A DNA stretch of 64,000 bases from a virus, in the IMG/VR virus record IMGVR_UViG_3300022751_000016, positions 32,001 to 96,000 of that record; one strand, given 5' to 3'. The position numbers were made by a program, and so were the translations under genes. The notes below the pieces were generated by a model. It was not told the DNA's origin, searched no databases, and saw only the letters and a program-made list of their open reading frames with translations. Shown here one piece after another: positions 9,447-19,596 of this stretch; positions within the stretch are counted from its first letter, which is position 1; each line of letters opens with the position of its first letter.

Positions 9447-10940
9447 ATGGGAGTTATTTTAAATAATAAGAAGATTATTGAGGGTGTTAATATTGTTGCT
9501 AACGCTGTTAAATATACTATGGGTGCAGAAGGAGGTCTTGCAATAATTGACAATATGCAACATGTTACAATAAGTAAAGATGGCGTGACGGTGTGCAAAG
9601 AAATACACTTAGAAGATGTAGTTGAAAATATGGGAGCTTCTCTTATGAAAGAGGCAGCTTTAAAAACTCTAAAAGAAGCAGGTGATGGTACTTCAACTAC
9701 TTGTGTATTGGCACAAGCCTTAATAAATAAGGGTAAGCAGCTTATTGAAAGCGGAGTTTCCCATGTTGAAATTAGAGAAGGAATTTTACAAGCTAAAAAT
9801 GATGTAATTGACCGACTAAATTCACATTCTAGGAGAACAAATAAGAAAGATGTTTATAGGGTTGCTAAAGTAGCTGCCAATGGAGACGAAGAAATTGCAA
9901 AACTTATAAAAAAAGCTTATGAATCTATCAGTTTAGACGGAATGATTGAGGTAATTAGCACAGCAAATAAGGAAACTACCTTGGAAGTTAATGAAGGTCT
10001 AAAGATAGATAAAGGTTATTTTTCAGACCACTTTATAACCGACACAGTTAAAAAAACGGCAGTACTTACAAATGTTAAAATTTTAGCTATTGATGGTAGT
10101 ATTCCAGAAGATTTTGTCAAGTTGTTAATGCCTGCAATTAAAGAATGTGAAAAAGATAATAGCAGTTTATTTATTATCTGTGATGAAATACATAATACCG
10201 CAGCAGGCTCTTTAATTAGAAATAAACTAAATAATACTCTAGCTTCATGTGTAATTAAAAATCCACTCTACGGAAAAGGAAAATTAGAATTATTACAAGA
10301 TGTAGAAGCTTATACTGGAGCTAAAATGTTAAAACTAGGAGTTAGCGAAGATTATACATTAGGGACTGCTGAAAGAATTGTTATAAATGAAAACGAGACG
10401 CTTATACAAAAAAATGAATCATCAGAATTTTTAGATGAGTATATAAAGTCTGTTAAATTACAGGAAAATAGTGAAAAAAGACTCTCTAATCTATCATCTA
10501 ATTTAGCTACACTTTTTATAGGTGGGGATAGCCCTTCAGAGATGTCTGAGAAGTATGACAGAGCAGAAGATTCAGTTTTAGCAGTTAAGTCTGCACTTAG
10601 TTCAGGAATTGTTGCAGGAGGAGGAAGTACTTTCGAATATATTTCAAAAGAGTTATCTTCAAATAATGTGGGGTACAGTATACTGTTAGACAGTATTAGA
10701 GCTCCATATAAACAAATTCTTAAAAATGCTGGAATAAAAGCTTCATTTTTTAAAACTATTCCTAAAATAAAAAAATATGGAGAAGTTTACAATGTAAAAA
10801 CTAGAAAAGTAGAAGAAATGGAATTAAATGGTATTCTTGATTCTACAAAGGTATTAAAAACAGCCTTGGAAAGTGCAGTATCAATAGCAATATTAATATT
10901 ATCTACAAAAATATCTATAACAACAGAAAAAAGCAAATGA
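9447..10940 (+). CDS. groEL: Chaperonin GroEL (Cpn60)
   Basis: AVKYTMGAEG, ISKDGVTVCKEI, ENMGASL, AGDGTSTT, AEDSVLAVKSA, GIVAGGG, GILDSTKV; no GGM tail. Confidence 0.95.
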   Translation: MGVILNNKKIIEGVNIVANAVKYTMGAEGGLAIIDNMQHVTISKDGVTVCKEIHLEDVVENMGASLMKEAALKTLKEAGDGTSTTCVLAQALINKGKQLIESGVSHVEIREGILQAKNDVIDRLNSHSRRTNKKDVYRVAKVAANGDEEIAKLIKKAYESISLDGMIEVISTANKETTLEVNEGLKIDKGYFSDHFITDTVKKTAVLTNVKILAIDGSIPEDFVKLLMPAIKECEKDNSSLFIICDEIHNTAAGSLIRNKLNNTLASCVIKNPLYGKGKLELLQDVEAYTGAKMLKLGVSEDYTLGTAERIVINENETLIQKNESSEFLDEYIKSVKLQENSEKRLSNLSSNLATLFIGGDSPSEMSEKYDRAEDSVLAVKSALSSGIVAGGGSTFEYISKELSSNNVGYSILLDSIRAPYKQILKNAGIKASFFKTIPKIKKYGEVYNVKTRKVEEMELNGILDSTKVLKTALESAVSIAILILSTKISITTEKSK

Positions 10941-11200
10941 AATTAGAATTTTTAGGAAATGAAATAGTGTTTGAACCTATTGAAAGCGTAAGCAGCGGCT
11001 TTGTTACAGGTGAAGAAAAGTTAAAACAAGGTAAAATACTTTACGTAGGTAAATCATCTAAATTAGGGTATAATGAGGGTGACTCAATAGTTTATGAAGA
11101 TGGACTTATGATTACAAAAAAGAATATTTTAGGGACGGATTACAGTATTATTTCGGAATTAGGTATAACTTGTAGAATTATTGAAGATGAAACAACATAA
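10937..11200 (+). CDS. groES: Co-chaperonin GroES (Cpn10)
   Basis: LEFLGNEIVFEP..SSGFV...QGKILYVG...GDSIVY pattern; 87 aa; coupled to groEL. Confidence 0.8.
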   Translation: MKLEFLGNEIVFEPIESVSSGFVTGEEKLKQGKILYVGKSSKLGYNEGDSIVYEDGLMITKKNILGTDYSIISELGITCRIIEDETT

Positions 11201-11900
11201 AATTTGGATTGCATTAGCTATTTGCGTAATGTTTGTGTATTTTTTAAGAACTTGCTCAAATAATAGCTTGCAAAGAACGGTGGGAAAGAATGAAGTACTA
11301 AAAGAAGCTGTTGAAAAAGTAAAAGACGGTACAGAAGTTAATGAGCTTAAACGGTTGCGAGAAAGAGATTCTATTATTAAGGAAAACTCGGCTAAAGAAA
11401 AGCAAATAAAACAGTTGAGGGATAAGATATCTGAGAGTGATTTTAAAATTGCAGACTTAAAAGTGCAAATAAGCAAAGATAAGCTTAAGATTAAGGATAT
11501 GAATTTATCTAGAATTGCAGATACTCTTAACTCTTTTTATGGTGGAAAAAACGCTATAGCAAATCAATCAGATATTTCAATTAAATCAGTTCTGCCTAAT
11601 CAAATAGTGGAAACTTATGTTGAAAATGAATTTAACAAGAATGTTGTCGCAGAAAAAGATAAACAGATAGTTGTTTTTGACAGTATTGTAGGAGCTAAAG
11701 ATAAGATTATTTACAGTAAAAGTATTCTCTTAGTTTCGGCGGAAAAAAGCGTAGAAGAACATAAAGAAGTGATTAAAGTACAAGAAGAATTTAGTCAAGG
11801 TATTGTAAAAGAAAATAGGAAAATTAAGACTAAGAGTGTTTTCAGTCAAATACTGGCAGTGGGAGTTGGAGCAATTGCAGGATTTTTAATAGCAAAGTAG
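11181..11900 (+). CDS. Membrane-anchored coiled-coil protein, spanin-like
   Basis: N-terminal hydrophobic segment ending LRTC (possible lipobox), long coiled coil, C-terminal hydrophobic helix. Confidence 0.45.
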   Translation: MKMKQHKIWIALAICVMFVYFLRTCSNNSLQRTVGKNEVLKEAVEKVKDGTEVNELKRLRERDSIIKENSAKEKQIKQLRDKISESDFKIADLKVQISKDKLKIKDMNLSRIADTLNSFYGGKNAIANQSDISIKSVLPNQIVETYVENEFNKNVVAEKDKQIVVFDSIVGAKDKIIYSKSILLVSAEKSVEEHKEVIKVQEEFSQGIVKENRKIKTKSVFSQILAVGVGAIAGFLIAK

Positions 11901-11923
11901 TATTATAATTATTTATTTTTTAG

Positions 11924-11952
11924 AGGAGGAGATGTAAATTTCCTCCTTTTTT
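11924..11952 (+). terminator. Rho-independent terminator
   Basis: AGGAGGAGAT-GTAA-ATTTCCTCCT followed by a T-tract. Confidence 0.8.
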
Positions 11953-11953
11953 A

Positions 11954-11985
11954 TTTGGTAGTTATTTAAAAAAGAGTTATATTTG
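11954..11985 (+). promoter_or_regulatory. Bacteroidota-type promoter
   Basis: TTTG-N20-TATATTTG immediately after the terminator. Confidence 0.75.
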
Positions 11986-12004
11986 TAGTGTAAAATAATA
12001 GACT

Positions 12005-14032
12005 ATGTTAGTACGATTAGAAAGTGTCAAAAATTCCGAGCAGGTTTTAGTAATTGACGAAATAGGTAGATTTTTAGGTGAAATTAATGAAGTTGAATTC
12101 TTTTTAGATTGTATATTAGATGATGAGGACATTTTAGAAGAGGATGATTATGTTTATTATAAAGTTGATAAGGAATGTTTAAATAAATTGTTATAATGGA
12201 AAAAGAATTTATACCATATGAAGAGGCATTAGCTTTAAAAGAATTAGGATTTGATGAACCTTGTTTTGGATTTTACTTCCCAAATACTACATTAATTCAA
12301 ATACATACAACAGGTTTTCCTAATGATAAAAAAGATTGTGTTCTAGCACCAACATTTTTTCAAACCTTTAGGTGGTTTAGAGAGAAGTATAGTTTAGATG
12401 GGTGGGTTGTGCCTTATCATTCATTAAAAGGTAAAAAATACTCTTATATAATTGAAGGTTCGGATTTTTACTTAGAGTACGACACTGAAGAATTAGACTT
12501 TGATACTTACGAAGAAGCAGAATTAGAATGTCTTAAAAAATTAATAGAAATCGCCAAAAAAGACGATAATTAAAAATATCGCGTTAAAAAACGATAGAAT
12601 GAAAAAGTTATGATAAGGTATATTTATAATAAAGAAAAACAAACAGTTGAACTTTTATCAGGAGGTTCTTTTGAAGAATTAGAAGATTTGATTAATAAGT
12701 TTAAAGACTGTTCTTTTATTATTTCGCGCGAAAAAGCTGAGAATAAAGGTGTATTAGTCGGAGGAGTCTATAAAACAGTAATATCAGGGATAGAACATAA
12801 TTAGCGTAGTATGACAACAGAGAGATTTAAAGAACTAGAAGACAGAAATAAAGATAATCCAATGCAATTATGTTTTGAAATCTTTAACGAAGAGAAATCC
12901 AGAATACCATTATCTCAGTTTGAACAGATGTTTACAGCTTGGTTACATTTATTTAAAGGCGGAGATATATATTCAGCAATAGAGTATTTTAAAAATAATA
13001 AAGTGAAATGATACAGTACTTAATAGAAGGTGACAAATACATTTTACACTATCAAGAATTGAAAGAGAAGTATATATTGCATATCGCGATGTCAGATGAA
13101 GAGTTTATGAAAAATTTACCATCAGCTCTACATTTAGCGTGTGTTATCTGTTTCTTGAAAGAGATTCCAACATATATTTGTTTGAGTGATAAGGGCGTTA
13201 TACATGAGTTAACACACTTAATTCAACACGGAACGGATGAGTTAATAGTTTTGAAAGATATTAGAAAAGTGTTTAAACAACAATTGAAATTAGCATGAAA
13301 ATAACAAAAACCAAAGAGATAATTACAGAAGAAGTTCAAATTAAGACAGGAACTTACTACTTCGAAGATGAAAATATAATAGCTTACAAATTTGTACTGC
13401 ATGAGCCAGAAGAAGATTATTCAGAATATGAGTTGGAAACCCTTCAAAGTTATGCTAATTTAAATAGTATTAAAATAAAAGAAGACGGAGCTTGGGATGA
13501 GAATGATTTACCTTATGTATTTAAACAATTTATTTTAGGTATTTCTGGAAAAGAGATTTTAAAAGAAGATTACTATAAGGAAAGACAACAGATATTAGAA
13601 AAGTTATGCAAGTAGGAGATAAAACAACAATGTATTTTGATTGCTTCGGAGTTACAAGTGAAGAAGATGTAATTGTAAGGAGTGTGGATAGAAATGGAAT
13701 AACTCTTCAAGACCAATATTTCAATGGAGAAGAGAATGAAGAATATTATTTGTTTTCTGTTGACACTGGAAAATGTTTAAACGAACCTAGGGCTGGATTC
13801 GGCGGGAAAAGAAGATTAAAAAAGTGAGATGAAAATAACAGAAAGAAGAATAGTGATTCAGAATTGGTATGAAACTGAATTATCTAAAACAGGTTGGGAC
13901 ACTTACGGCTGGATGTTTAAAGATGACTATCAAGGACTTCTTTTAGGTTGGAAAATTGTAGAAATACTTCAATCTGATAAATATGGAAATCTTGTTACAG
14001 GTATCGCCGAAAAAGAAACTAAGATAAAATGA
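12005..14032 (+). other. Array of small hypothetical CDSs (12005-12196, 12610-12804, 12811-13011, 13008-13298, 13295-13615, 13606-13827, 13829-14032)
   Basis: Coupled + strand ORFs. Confidence 0.7.
12196..12573 (+). CDS. Hypothetical protein, paralog of 33965-34351
   Basis: Shared FIPY.EALALKELGFDEPC, FR.FREKY and TYEEAEL.CL.KLI blocks. Confidence 0.8.
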   Translation: MEKEFIPYEEALALKELGFDEPCFGFYFPNTTLIQIHTTGFPNDKKDCVLAPTFFQTFRWFREKYSLDGWVVPYHSLKGKKYSYIIEGSDFYLEYDTEELDFDTYEEAELECLKKLIEIAKKDDN

Positions 14033-14541
14033 AATACGAAAAATTAGTAAGACTAGAAAATAATCTAAACTCAATAGAAGAGGTTTGTACTATATCTCAC
14101 CTACAAGATGTAAACACAGATTTAATTTTATCTTTGTGCGGTAAGAAAATAGGTTCGGGAGTTTATAGAGCAGTCTATGAATACAATTTTGACGATAGTT
14201 ATGTAATTAAAATAGAACCTAATAACACCGAATGCAATATAACTGAATACATGCTTTGGGATGAAATTAGAGGTTTGTGTGGAGATTTGGAATGGGTTAA
14301 AGATTGGTTCGCTCCCGTTTTATGGATGTCCCCAAATGGTAAAATCCTAGTTATGAAAAAGACGGAAGAAAAACCTAATAAGGAAAGACCTAAAGAAATT
14401 CCAGCATTTTTAACAGATTTAAAAAGAGATAATTTCGGTTGGATTGGTAACAAATTTGTTTGTCATGATTATGGATTTATTCATAAGTTTATAAAGTACG
14501 AAAATAAAATGCAAAAAATTAAAAAAGATTGCTGGTGGTAA
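14029..14541 (+). CDS. Small protein-kinase-like protein
   Basis: Gly loop KIGSGVYRAVY, VIK lysine, helix-C Glu (NITE), catalytic DLKRDN, Mg-binding HDYG. Confidence 0.75.
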   Translation: MKYEKLVRLENNLNSIEEVCTISHLQDVNTDLILSLCGKKIGSGVYRAVYEYNFDDSYVIKIEPNNTECNITEYMLWDEIRGLCGDLEWVKDWFAPVLWMSPNGKILVMKKTEEKPNKERPKEIPAFLTDLKRDNFGWIGNKFVCHDYGFIHKFIKYENKMQKIKKDCWW

Positions 14542-14736
14542 ATAAAGAAGTTGTAAAAAAAGCAGATATTAACTATCCTATGGAAGGAATCAATCACATA
14601 TTTAAGACCAATGAACAAAATAAGACAGGGATTAAAAAGTTTGGTAGGTTTAGATATATTAGTAATAAAGTCGAATCTGCAAAATAAACCTGACCACTTT
14701 ATTAAATAAAAGTAACTTTATCATAAAGCAAAAAAT

Positions 14737-15291
14737 ATGGCACTAGAAAGAACAGTTAAAATGAAAAACGTACAAGTTAAAGAAGAAAGTAAAAGACCTA
14801 AAACAGATTTCGAACCACCAAAAGGAGTCCGAAAAGAAGTTGACTATGATAGTAAAGCAGATACTCTTCTACACATTAAAAGAGTAGCACAACTATTAAC
14901 TGAAGCATCGGTTGAATTAATTAGACGTGCAAATATTCACGATAATTCAAAACTTGAGAGCCCTGAAAAAGAATTGTTTGATGAATTTACTCCTAAATTG
15001 AAAGATTGTACATTTGGCTCTGACGAATATAAAGGTTTTTTAAAAGGTTTAAGGGTTGCACTTGTCCATCACTACGAAAATAACAGTCATCATCCAGAAC
15101 ATTATGAAAATGGAGTAAACGGTTTTGACCTATTTGATTTAGTTGAAATGTTTTTTGATTGGAAAGCCGCAACAGAAAGGATGAAAGATGGAGATATTTA
15201 TAAATCAATTGCAATAAATAAAGAACGTTTTGATTTATCTGAACAAGTGGCAGATATTTTCACAAACACATCTAAAAGACTAAACTATTAA
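14737..15291 (+). CDS. HD-like metal-dependent hydrolase (DUF5662-like)
   Basis: TLLHIKRV...HDNSKL...HHYENNSHHPEHY...DLVEMFFDW. Confidence 0.7.
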   Translation: MALERTVKMKNVQVKEESKRPKTDFEPPKGVRKEVDYDSKADTLLHIKRVAQLLTEASVELIRRANIHDNSKLESPEKELFDEFTPKLKDCTFGSDEYKGFLKGLRVALVHHYENNSHHPEHYENGVNGFDLFDLVEMFFDWKAATERMKDGDIYKSIAINKERFDLSEQVADIFTNTSKRLNY

Positions 15292-15293
15292 TT

Positions 15294-17298
15294 ATGTGGA
15301 AAGAAATATTAGCACTTATTTTGGGGTTTGCAACTTTAGGTTTAGTGTTTACTTATGCGGAGAATTCTGCCGCCGAACAAAAGATTAAAAACATAGATAA
15401 ATTATATCGACTAAAAATGGATTTAGAAAATGTAAAGTCAATGCAAGAAACAGATAGTCTGATAAAAGATACTGAACGATTAATTGATTTAATGAATAAT
15501 ATAAAATAAAGTGGAGGACATAGACGGAATTCACCATATAAATATCTATTCCAAGGGTAAGACAGAGATAGGTAGATGGTTAAGTAACTTCGCTTATTCT
15601 CCTGTGCAAACTGAGCATGGTTGGTTTGATTCTTTAGAAGGTTATTGGTATTGGCACACTACTTTAAATGACAGGCTTAGAGAAGTTCATGGATTCGCTG
15701 CCAAAAAGCTCGGAAAAGAAAGCGAAAAATTAATAGAAATACTAGATGAGGTATTCAAAGAAAAAATCTGTAGAGCTTTAGATGCTAAATTAAAAACTCG
15801 TTCTAAGTGGGTGTCAGAACAATGTAGCTTACCGTTGAAACATTATTATGAGTATGGAAGTGGGGAGTCCGCCAAAAGAGTTGAAAAACAAGAGTATAAT
15901 TGGATAACAGAGCACATACAAAATAGAGTAAATCAATTAAGAGAATATTATAAATTATGAAATATAAATTAAAATATCTAATACCTTTTATTCCTATTAT
16001 TGGATTTGTAGTAGTACTGTGTGGGAACACTAACAGTTGGTTTAACAAAGATGAGTACGGTAATTTTGAATCTATTTTAGATGACCCTTATATATTTCTT
16101 TATAGCGCTTTTTGGCAAGGGGGGACTACAGCCTTAATTATAACAAAATGTTTAGGAATATGGTAGAACAAGTTAGAAATAGGAGACAGTTGTTTTTAGG
16201 TAAAAAAGTTTGGCATAAAGATGTCTATAACGGCAAAGAACAACTAGAAGTAGTTGGAATAAGATATAATGAAATAGAATTAAAAGGAGACTATTCTGGA
16301 GTAGGGCTAGATAACAGTTCGTGTTGGCTACCTTTAGATGGAGTCCTTGTAGATTCATTGGAAAATAAAGGTGCGGATTTATGACAGAAAATCAAAAACA
16401 ATTAAAAATAGCTTTTGTTAAATCCAATTACGGCGAGACAAAAGGATATAAAGTAATGGAAACGTGGAGTGGCTCTGGAGAGTATAAAGATGAAAATAAT
16501 CTAATAGATAACGTAGAGTTTGAAGCTGAATTACATTACTGCGGATTTTCAAGAGGAAGAAGTAGTTTAAACATAGCTTTGGCAGACCATAGAAAAAGAA
16601 TTATCTACTATTCAGGAATGAGTTTATTAGACGAAGCTTTAAAAGGCGGAATTGTTCAGGGAGATAAAATTACAGGAACATTCTGTTTTAAGAAACAGGG
16701 AACATCAATATTATTACAACAGATATGAGCATATTAAGTGGGTCAGGAATTAAAGAAAAAGAAACAGTAGGTCAAGAGTTCATTGAATGGGCTGAAAAAT
16801 ATTGGTTATTAGATAAGTTGGTAAAAATAGAAACACCTGATGAATTTGCAGGAGAAAAATGCGATTACGATTATATGCGTAATATTTTCATTGAAAAGAT
16901 AAACAAGATTATTAAAGATAGGTTATAAAATAGATATGACAGTGGAAGATTCAGCAGGGATGACGAATACATAATTGAAGAAGTAAAATCGCGGGTAAAA
17001 AATAATTAAACAAAAATAGAAAAAAATGACATTAGAACAAATCAAAAACAGACAAGAGAGAATTAATGACCAATTATTTGGATTATTAAAAAACACGGAA
17101 AGTGTAGTTTTAACAATTATAGGAGATATCCCTTCAGAAGAGCAAGATTTAAAGTCAGAAACACCCTCAGGACTACTACAAGAAATAAGCGCGTATCAAA
17201 ATAGGACAGAATATTTAATAGAGCAGATTAATCGTTATAATGAGCTTTTAACAAGCCGCACTTATACTCCAGTGGAAGCTGTTTGTCAAGCGAGATAA
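15294..17298 (+). other. Small hypothetical CDSs (15294-15509, 15957-16166, ~16160-16384, 16381-16728, 16725-16928, 17026-17298)
   Basis: ORF track and packing. Confidence 0.65.
15511..15960 (+). CDS. NADAR-like protein (T4 gp30.3-like)
   Basis: INIYSK...WLSNFA..P......FDSLEGYW...G..AKKLGK. Confidence 0.55.
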   Translation: MEDIDGIHHINIYSKGKTEIGRWLSNFAYSPVQTEHGWFDSLEGYWYWHTTLNDRLREVHGFAAKKLGKESEKLIEILDEVFKEKICRALDAKLKTRSKWVSEQCSLPLKHYYEYGSGESAKRVEKQEYNWITEHIQNRVNQLREYYKL

Positions 17299-17308
17299 TA
17301 AAGACACT

Positions 17309-17340
17309 TCCCTTCAGCCTTAAAAAAGTTGGAGGGATTT
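17309..17340 (+). terminator. Hairpin, possible terminator
   Basis: TCCCTTCAGC...GTTGGAGGGA followed by TTT. Confidence 0.45.
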
Positions 17341-17643
17341 AAATAATAAAAACTATGAAAATAAAATACCCAACATTAACTGAGATTAAATATGAAGATT
17401 TATCACAAGAACAGTTGATAGGGTTAAATAATTTATTAAAAATACAGCCGACTACTTCAAAAAGTACAATTATATACATTCCTAAAAATAGGTATTTAAT
17501 ATATTAGACGTTTTAAGGCAATATTTTTATATAAGTTATAACATTATACCAGAAAACTACAAACGTTTCTTAAAATGCCTAAAAAATAGTAAATTTTAAA
17601 TCATTGAATATATTTATAAACATAATTCGGCGGGAAAAGAAAA

Positions 17644-17810
17644 GTTACACAGAAAATAACCAATTTGCACATAAAACATATAATCACTATATTTACACTG
17701 TAGATTGAAAGTACGAACTCAGCCTACATAGAAAGCATTTAAAAAATAATTTGGAGAAAGTCTCTACATCTACTGTTCGTACCAGTGGTTGTTTAGACTT
17801 TTTCTGTTTT
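17644..17810 (+). promoter_or_regulatory. Promoter + kissing-hairpin leader (copy A)
   Basis: TTTG (17664)-N20-TATATTTA. Hairpin-1 loop GTACGAAC (17711-17718) is complementary to GTTCGTAC (17775-17782) at the apex of hairpin 2. U-tract, then ATG 17824. Confidence 0.7.
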
Positions 17811-17823
17811 ATATAAAATTATT

Positions 17824-18921
17824 ATGGCACAAATATTAAAAATTCAGGATTTAATAGGTACAACTTACAATAGATTTACTATATTAGAAGAAGGTGCAAG
17901 GCATGTTGAGCCTAACGGTAAAAGACAAAGAGTTATGATATGCGAGTGCTCTTGTGGAACTATTAAAAACATAATGTTAAAAGAGTTAAGAAAAGGCACT
18001 ACTAAATCTTGTGGCTGCCTAGCCGAAGAAATTAAAATAAATATTCAAGAAGGGGATATATTTACTCATTGGACAGTTTTAAATGAAACGGAAGGTTACT
18101 TTAGCAAAAATGGAGAGAAATCAGATAGAGCCTTTAACTGCATTTGTGTTTGTGGTAAAAAGAAGAGTGTAAATAGAAACTCTTTAACTACAGGTCAATC
18201 TAAAAGTTGTGGCTGCCAAGGAAGAGTTAAAAAAGAGAAAGAAGTAAAAATAAAAGCAATACCTGAAAATACAGATTTAGAGATATGGAAAGAGTCCTTT
18301 ACATTTCCAGATTATTATATAAGTAATTTAGGTAAAGCTTACTCCTATAAATCACAAGTTTATCTTAAAGACGCTGAATCGTTTAAAATACAAGATACTG
18401 ATGTATCAAAAATAAAAGAGCTATATAGAACTTTCTATGGTGCATATAATGAAAAATATACCAGTTTGTTTTATGAAGGAGAACCTTGCGCGGAAAACAT
18501 AAGAACAAGAGAGGCAAATACAGAAAGAGCTATTAAGCTAAAAGGGGTTTACAGCAGTATGTATAGTAGATGTTATAGAGTGGAAAATAAATCATACCCA
18601 ACTTACGGAGCTAAAGGAGTAAAAATTGAAGAGTCATTCGACACATTTAATAAATTTTTTGATTGGGCTATAAACAACGGGTATAAGGAAGGATTGGAAA
18701 TAGACAGGATAGAATCAGATAAAGGATATTGTTCTTCTAATTGTAGATTTATTACTAAAGAGGAAAATAATCTTAGAGGTAAGTTTATAAATTTGACCTT
18801 AGCTGATGTAAAATGGATTAGGTCTGATGAATTTACTTATGAGAAGGCACTTGATAAATTTACTTGTTCTAGAAAGGTGATATCGAATATTAGAAATTAT
18901 ATAACTTTTAAAGATATTTGA
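17824..18921 (+). CDS. Free-standing HNH homing endonuclease with repeated Cys-rich DNA-binding modules
   Basis: Two CxCxCG...L..G..KSCGC repeats, NUMOD4-like EIWKE...YYISNLG, C-terminal M..RCY...YG.KGV...EIDRI....GY...NCRFIT..EN. Confidence 0.85.
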   Translation: MAQILKIQDLIGTTYNRFTILEEGARHVEPNGKRQRVMICECSCGTIKNIMLKELRKGTTKSCGCLAEEIKINIQEGDIFTHWTVLNETEGYFSKNGEKSDRAFNCICVCGKKKSVNRNSLTTGQSKSCGCQGRVKKEKEVKIKAIPENTDLEIWKESFTFPDYYISNLGKAYSYKSQVYLKDAESFKIQDTDVSKIKELYRTFYGAYNEKYTSLFYEGEPCAENIRTREANTERAIKLKGVYSSMYSRCYRVENKSYPTYGAKGVKIEESFDTFNKFFDWAINNGYKEGLEIDRIESDKGYCSSNCRFITKEENNLRGKFINLTLADVKWIRSDEFTYEKALDKFTCSRKVISNIRNYITFKDI

Positions 18922-18929
18922 AAATGTTA

Positions 18930-19596
18930 TGAACGTCCTCGGGTGTGAGATGTCCATATATCAAGCCCCTATCAAAGTTACCCCTCTTTTTGTCCCATAC
19001 CCGCCTATTGTTTCAATCTTCTAAAATCTATTCTTAGAGGGCTTGAAAATGTTTTTCACTTTTGAGTTTTATTTTAGTTCTTTGTATAGTTGCTTATGTT
19101 GTTATCTAAGTATTTTTAACCGTTTCTTTTCTCTTTTAATTTCTTTTTGCGGGCGAATTGTGTAGAGTATTTAAATATATTCTCTATATAATATGATTGC
19201 GTGCGCACGTGATACATAAAAAATAATTAATATCCTATTTTTATTTTAATTATTTTGGTTATACATTTGTAAGGTCGAAAGAGGATAACAATCCAATAGA
19301 CAAACAAAGTTCTTATACACTTTCTTTTTTAATATGCAAGTAAAATTTAATTTATTTTTGCATTGAAGTAAAAAAGTTTATAGTATCTTTACACTATCGG
19401 AAACGAAGCAAGTTAATTGACATATTGAATAATAGTTTAATCCAGCCTAATAAAGGATTATAGCTTTTAACGCAGCTATTACAGCAAAGTCCCATTTAGT
19501 AATGGTTTGGTGCAACTCCATAAATACTAAATCCCTTGCAAATTTATGTTTGTAGCATCGAAGCAACAAGGGAACTAATTTAAAAACTTATTTATT
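18930..19596. other. Long non-coding region; candidate genome end / terminal-repeat start with early promoters
   Basis: Abrupt compositional shift to C/T-rich then T-rich sequence; palindrome CGTGCGCACG (19200-19209); promoter boxes TACATTTG (19262-19269) and TATCTTTA (19384-19391); followed by an array of small genes. Confidence 0.4.

Noticed and set aside
12722-12736. Resemblance of the dispersed motif to eukaryotic E2F sites (TTTSSCGC)
   Set aside because: Promoters and gene content indicate a bacterial virus, so the resemblance is treated as coincidental.
17504-17582. Imperfect inverted repeat TTAGACGTTTTAAG...CTTAAAATGCCTAA
   Set aside because: Single AT-rich instance with mismatches and a long loop; not enough evidence to assign a function.
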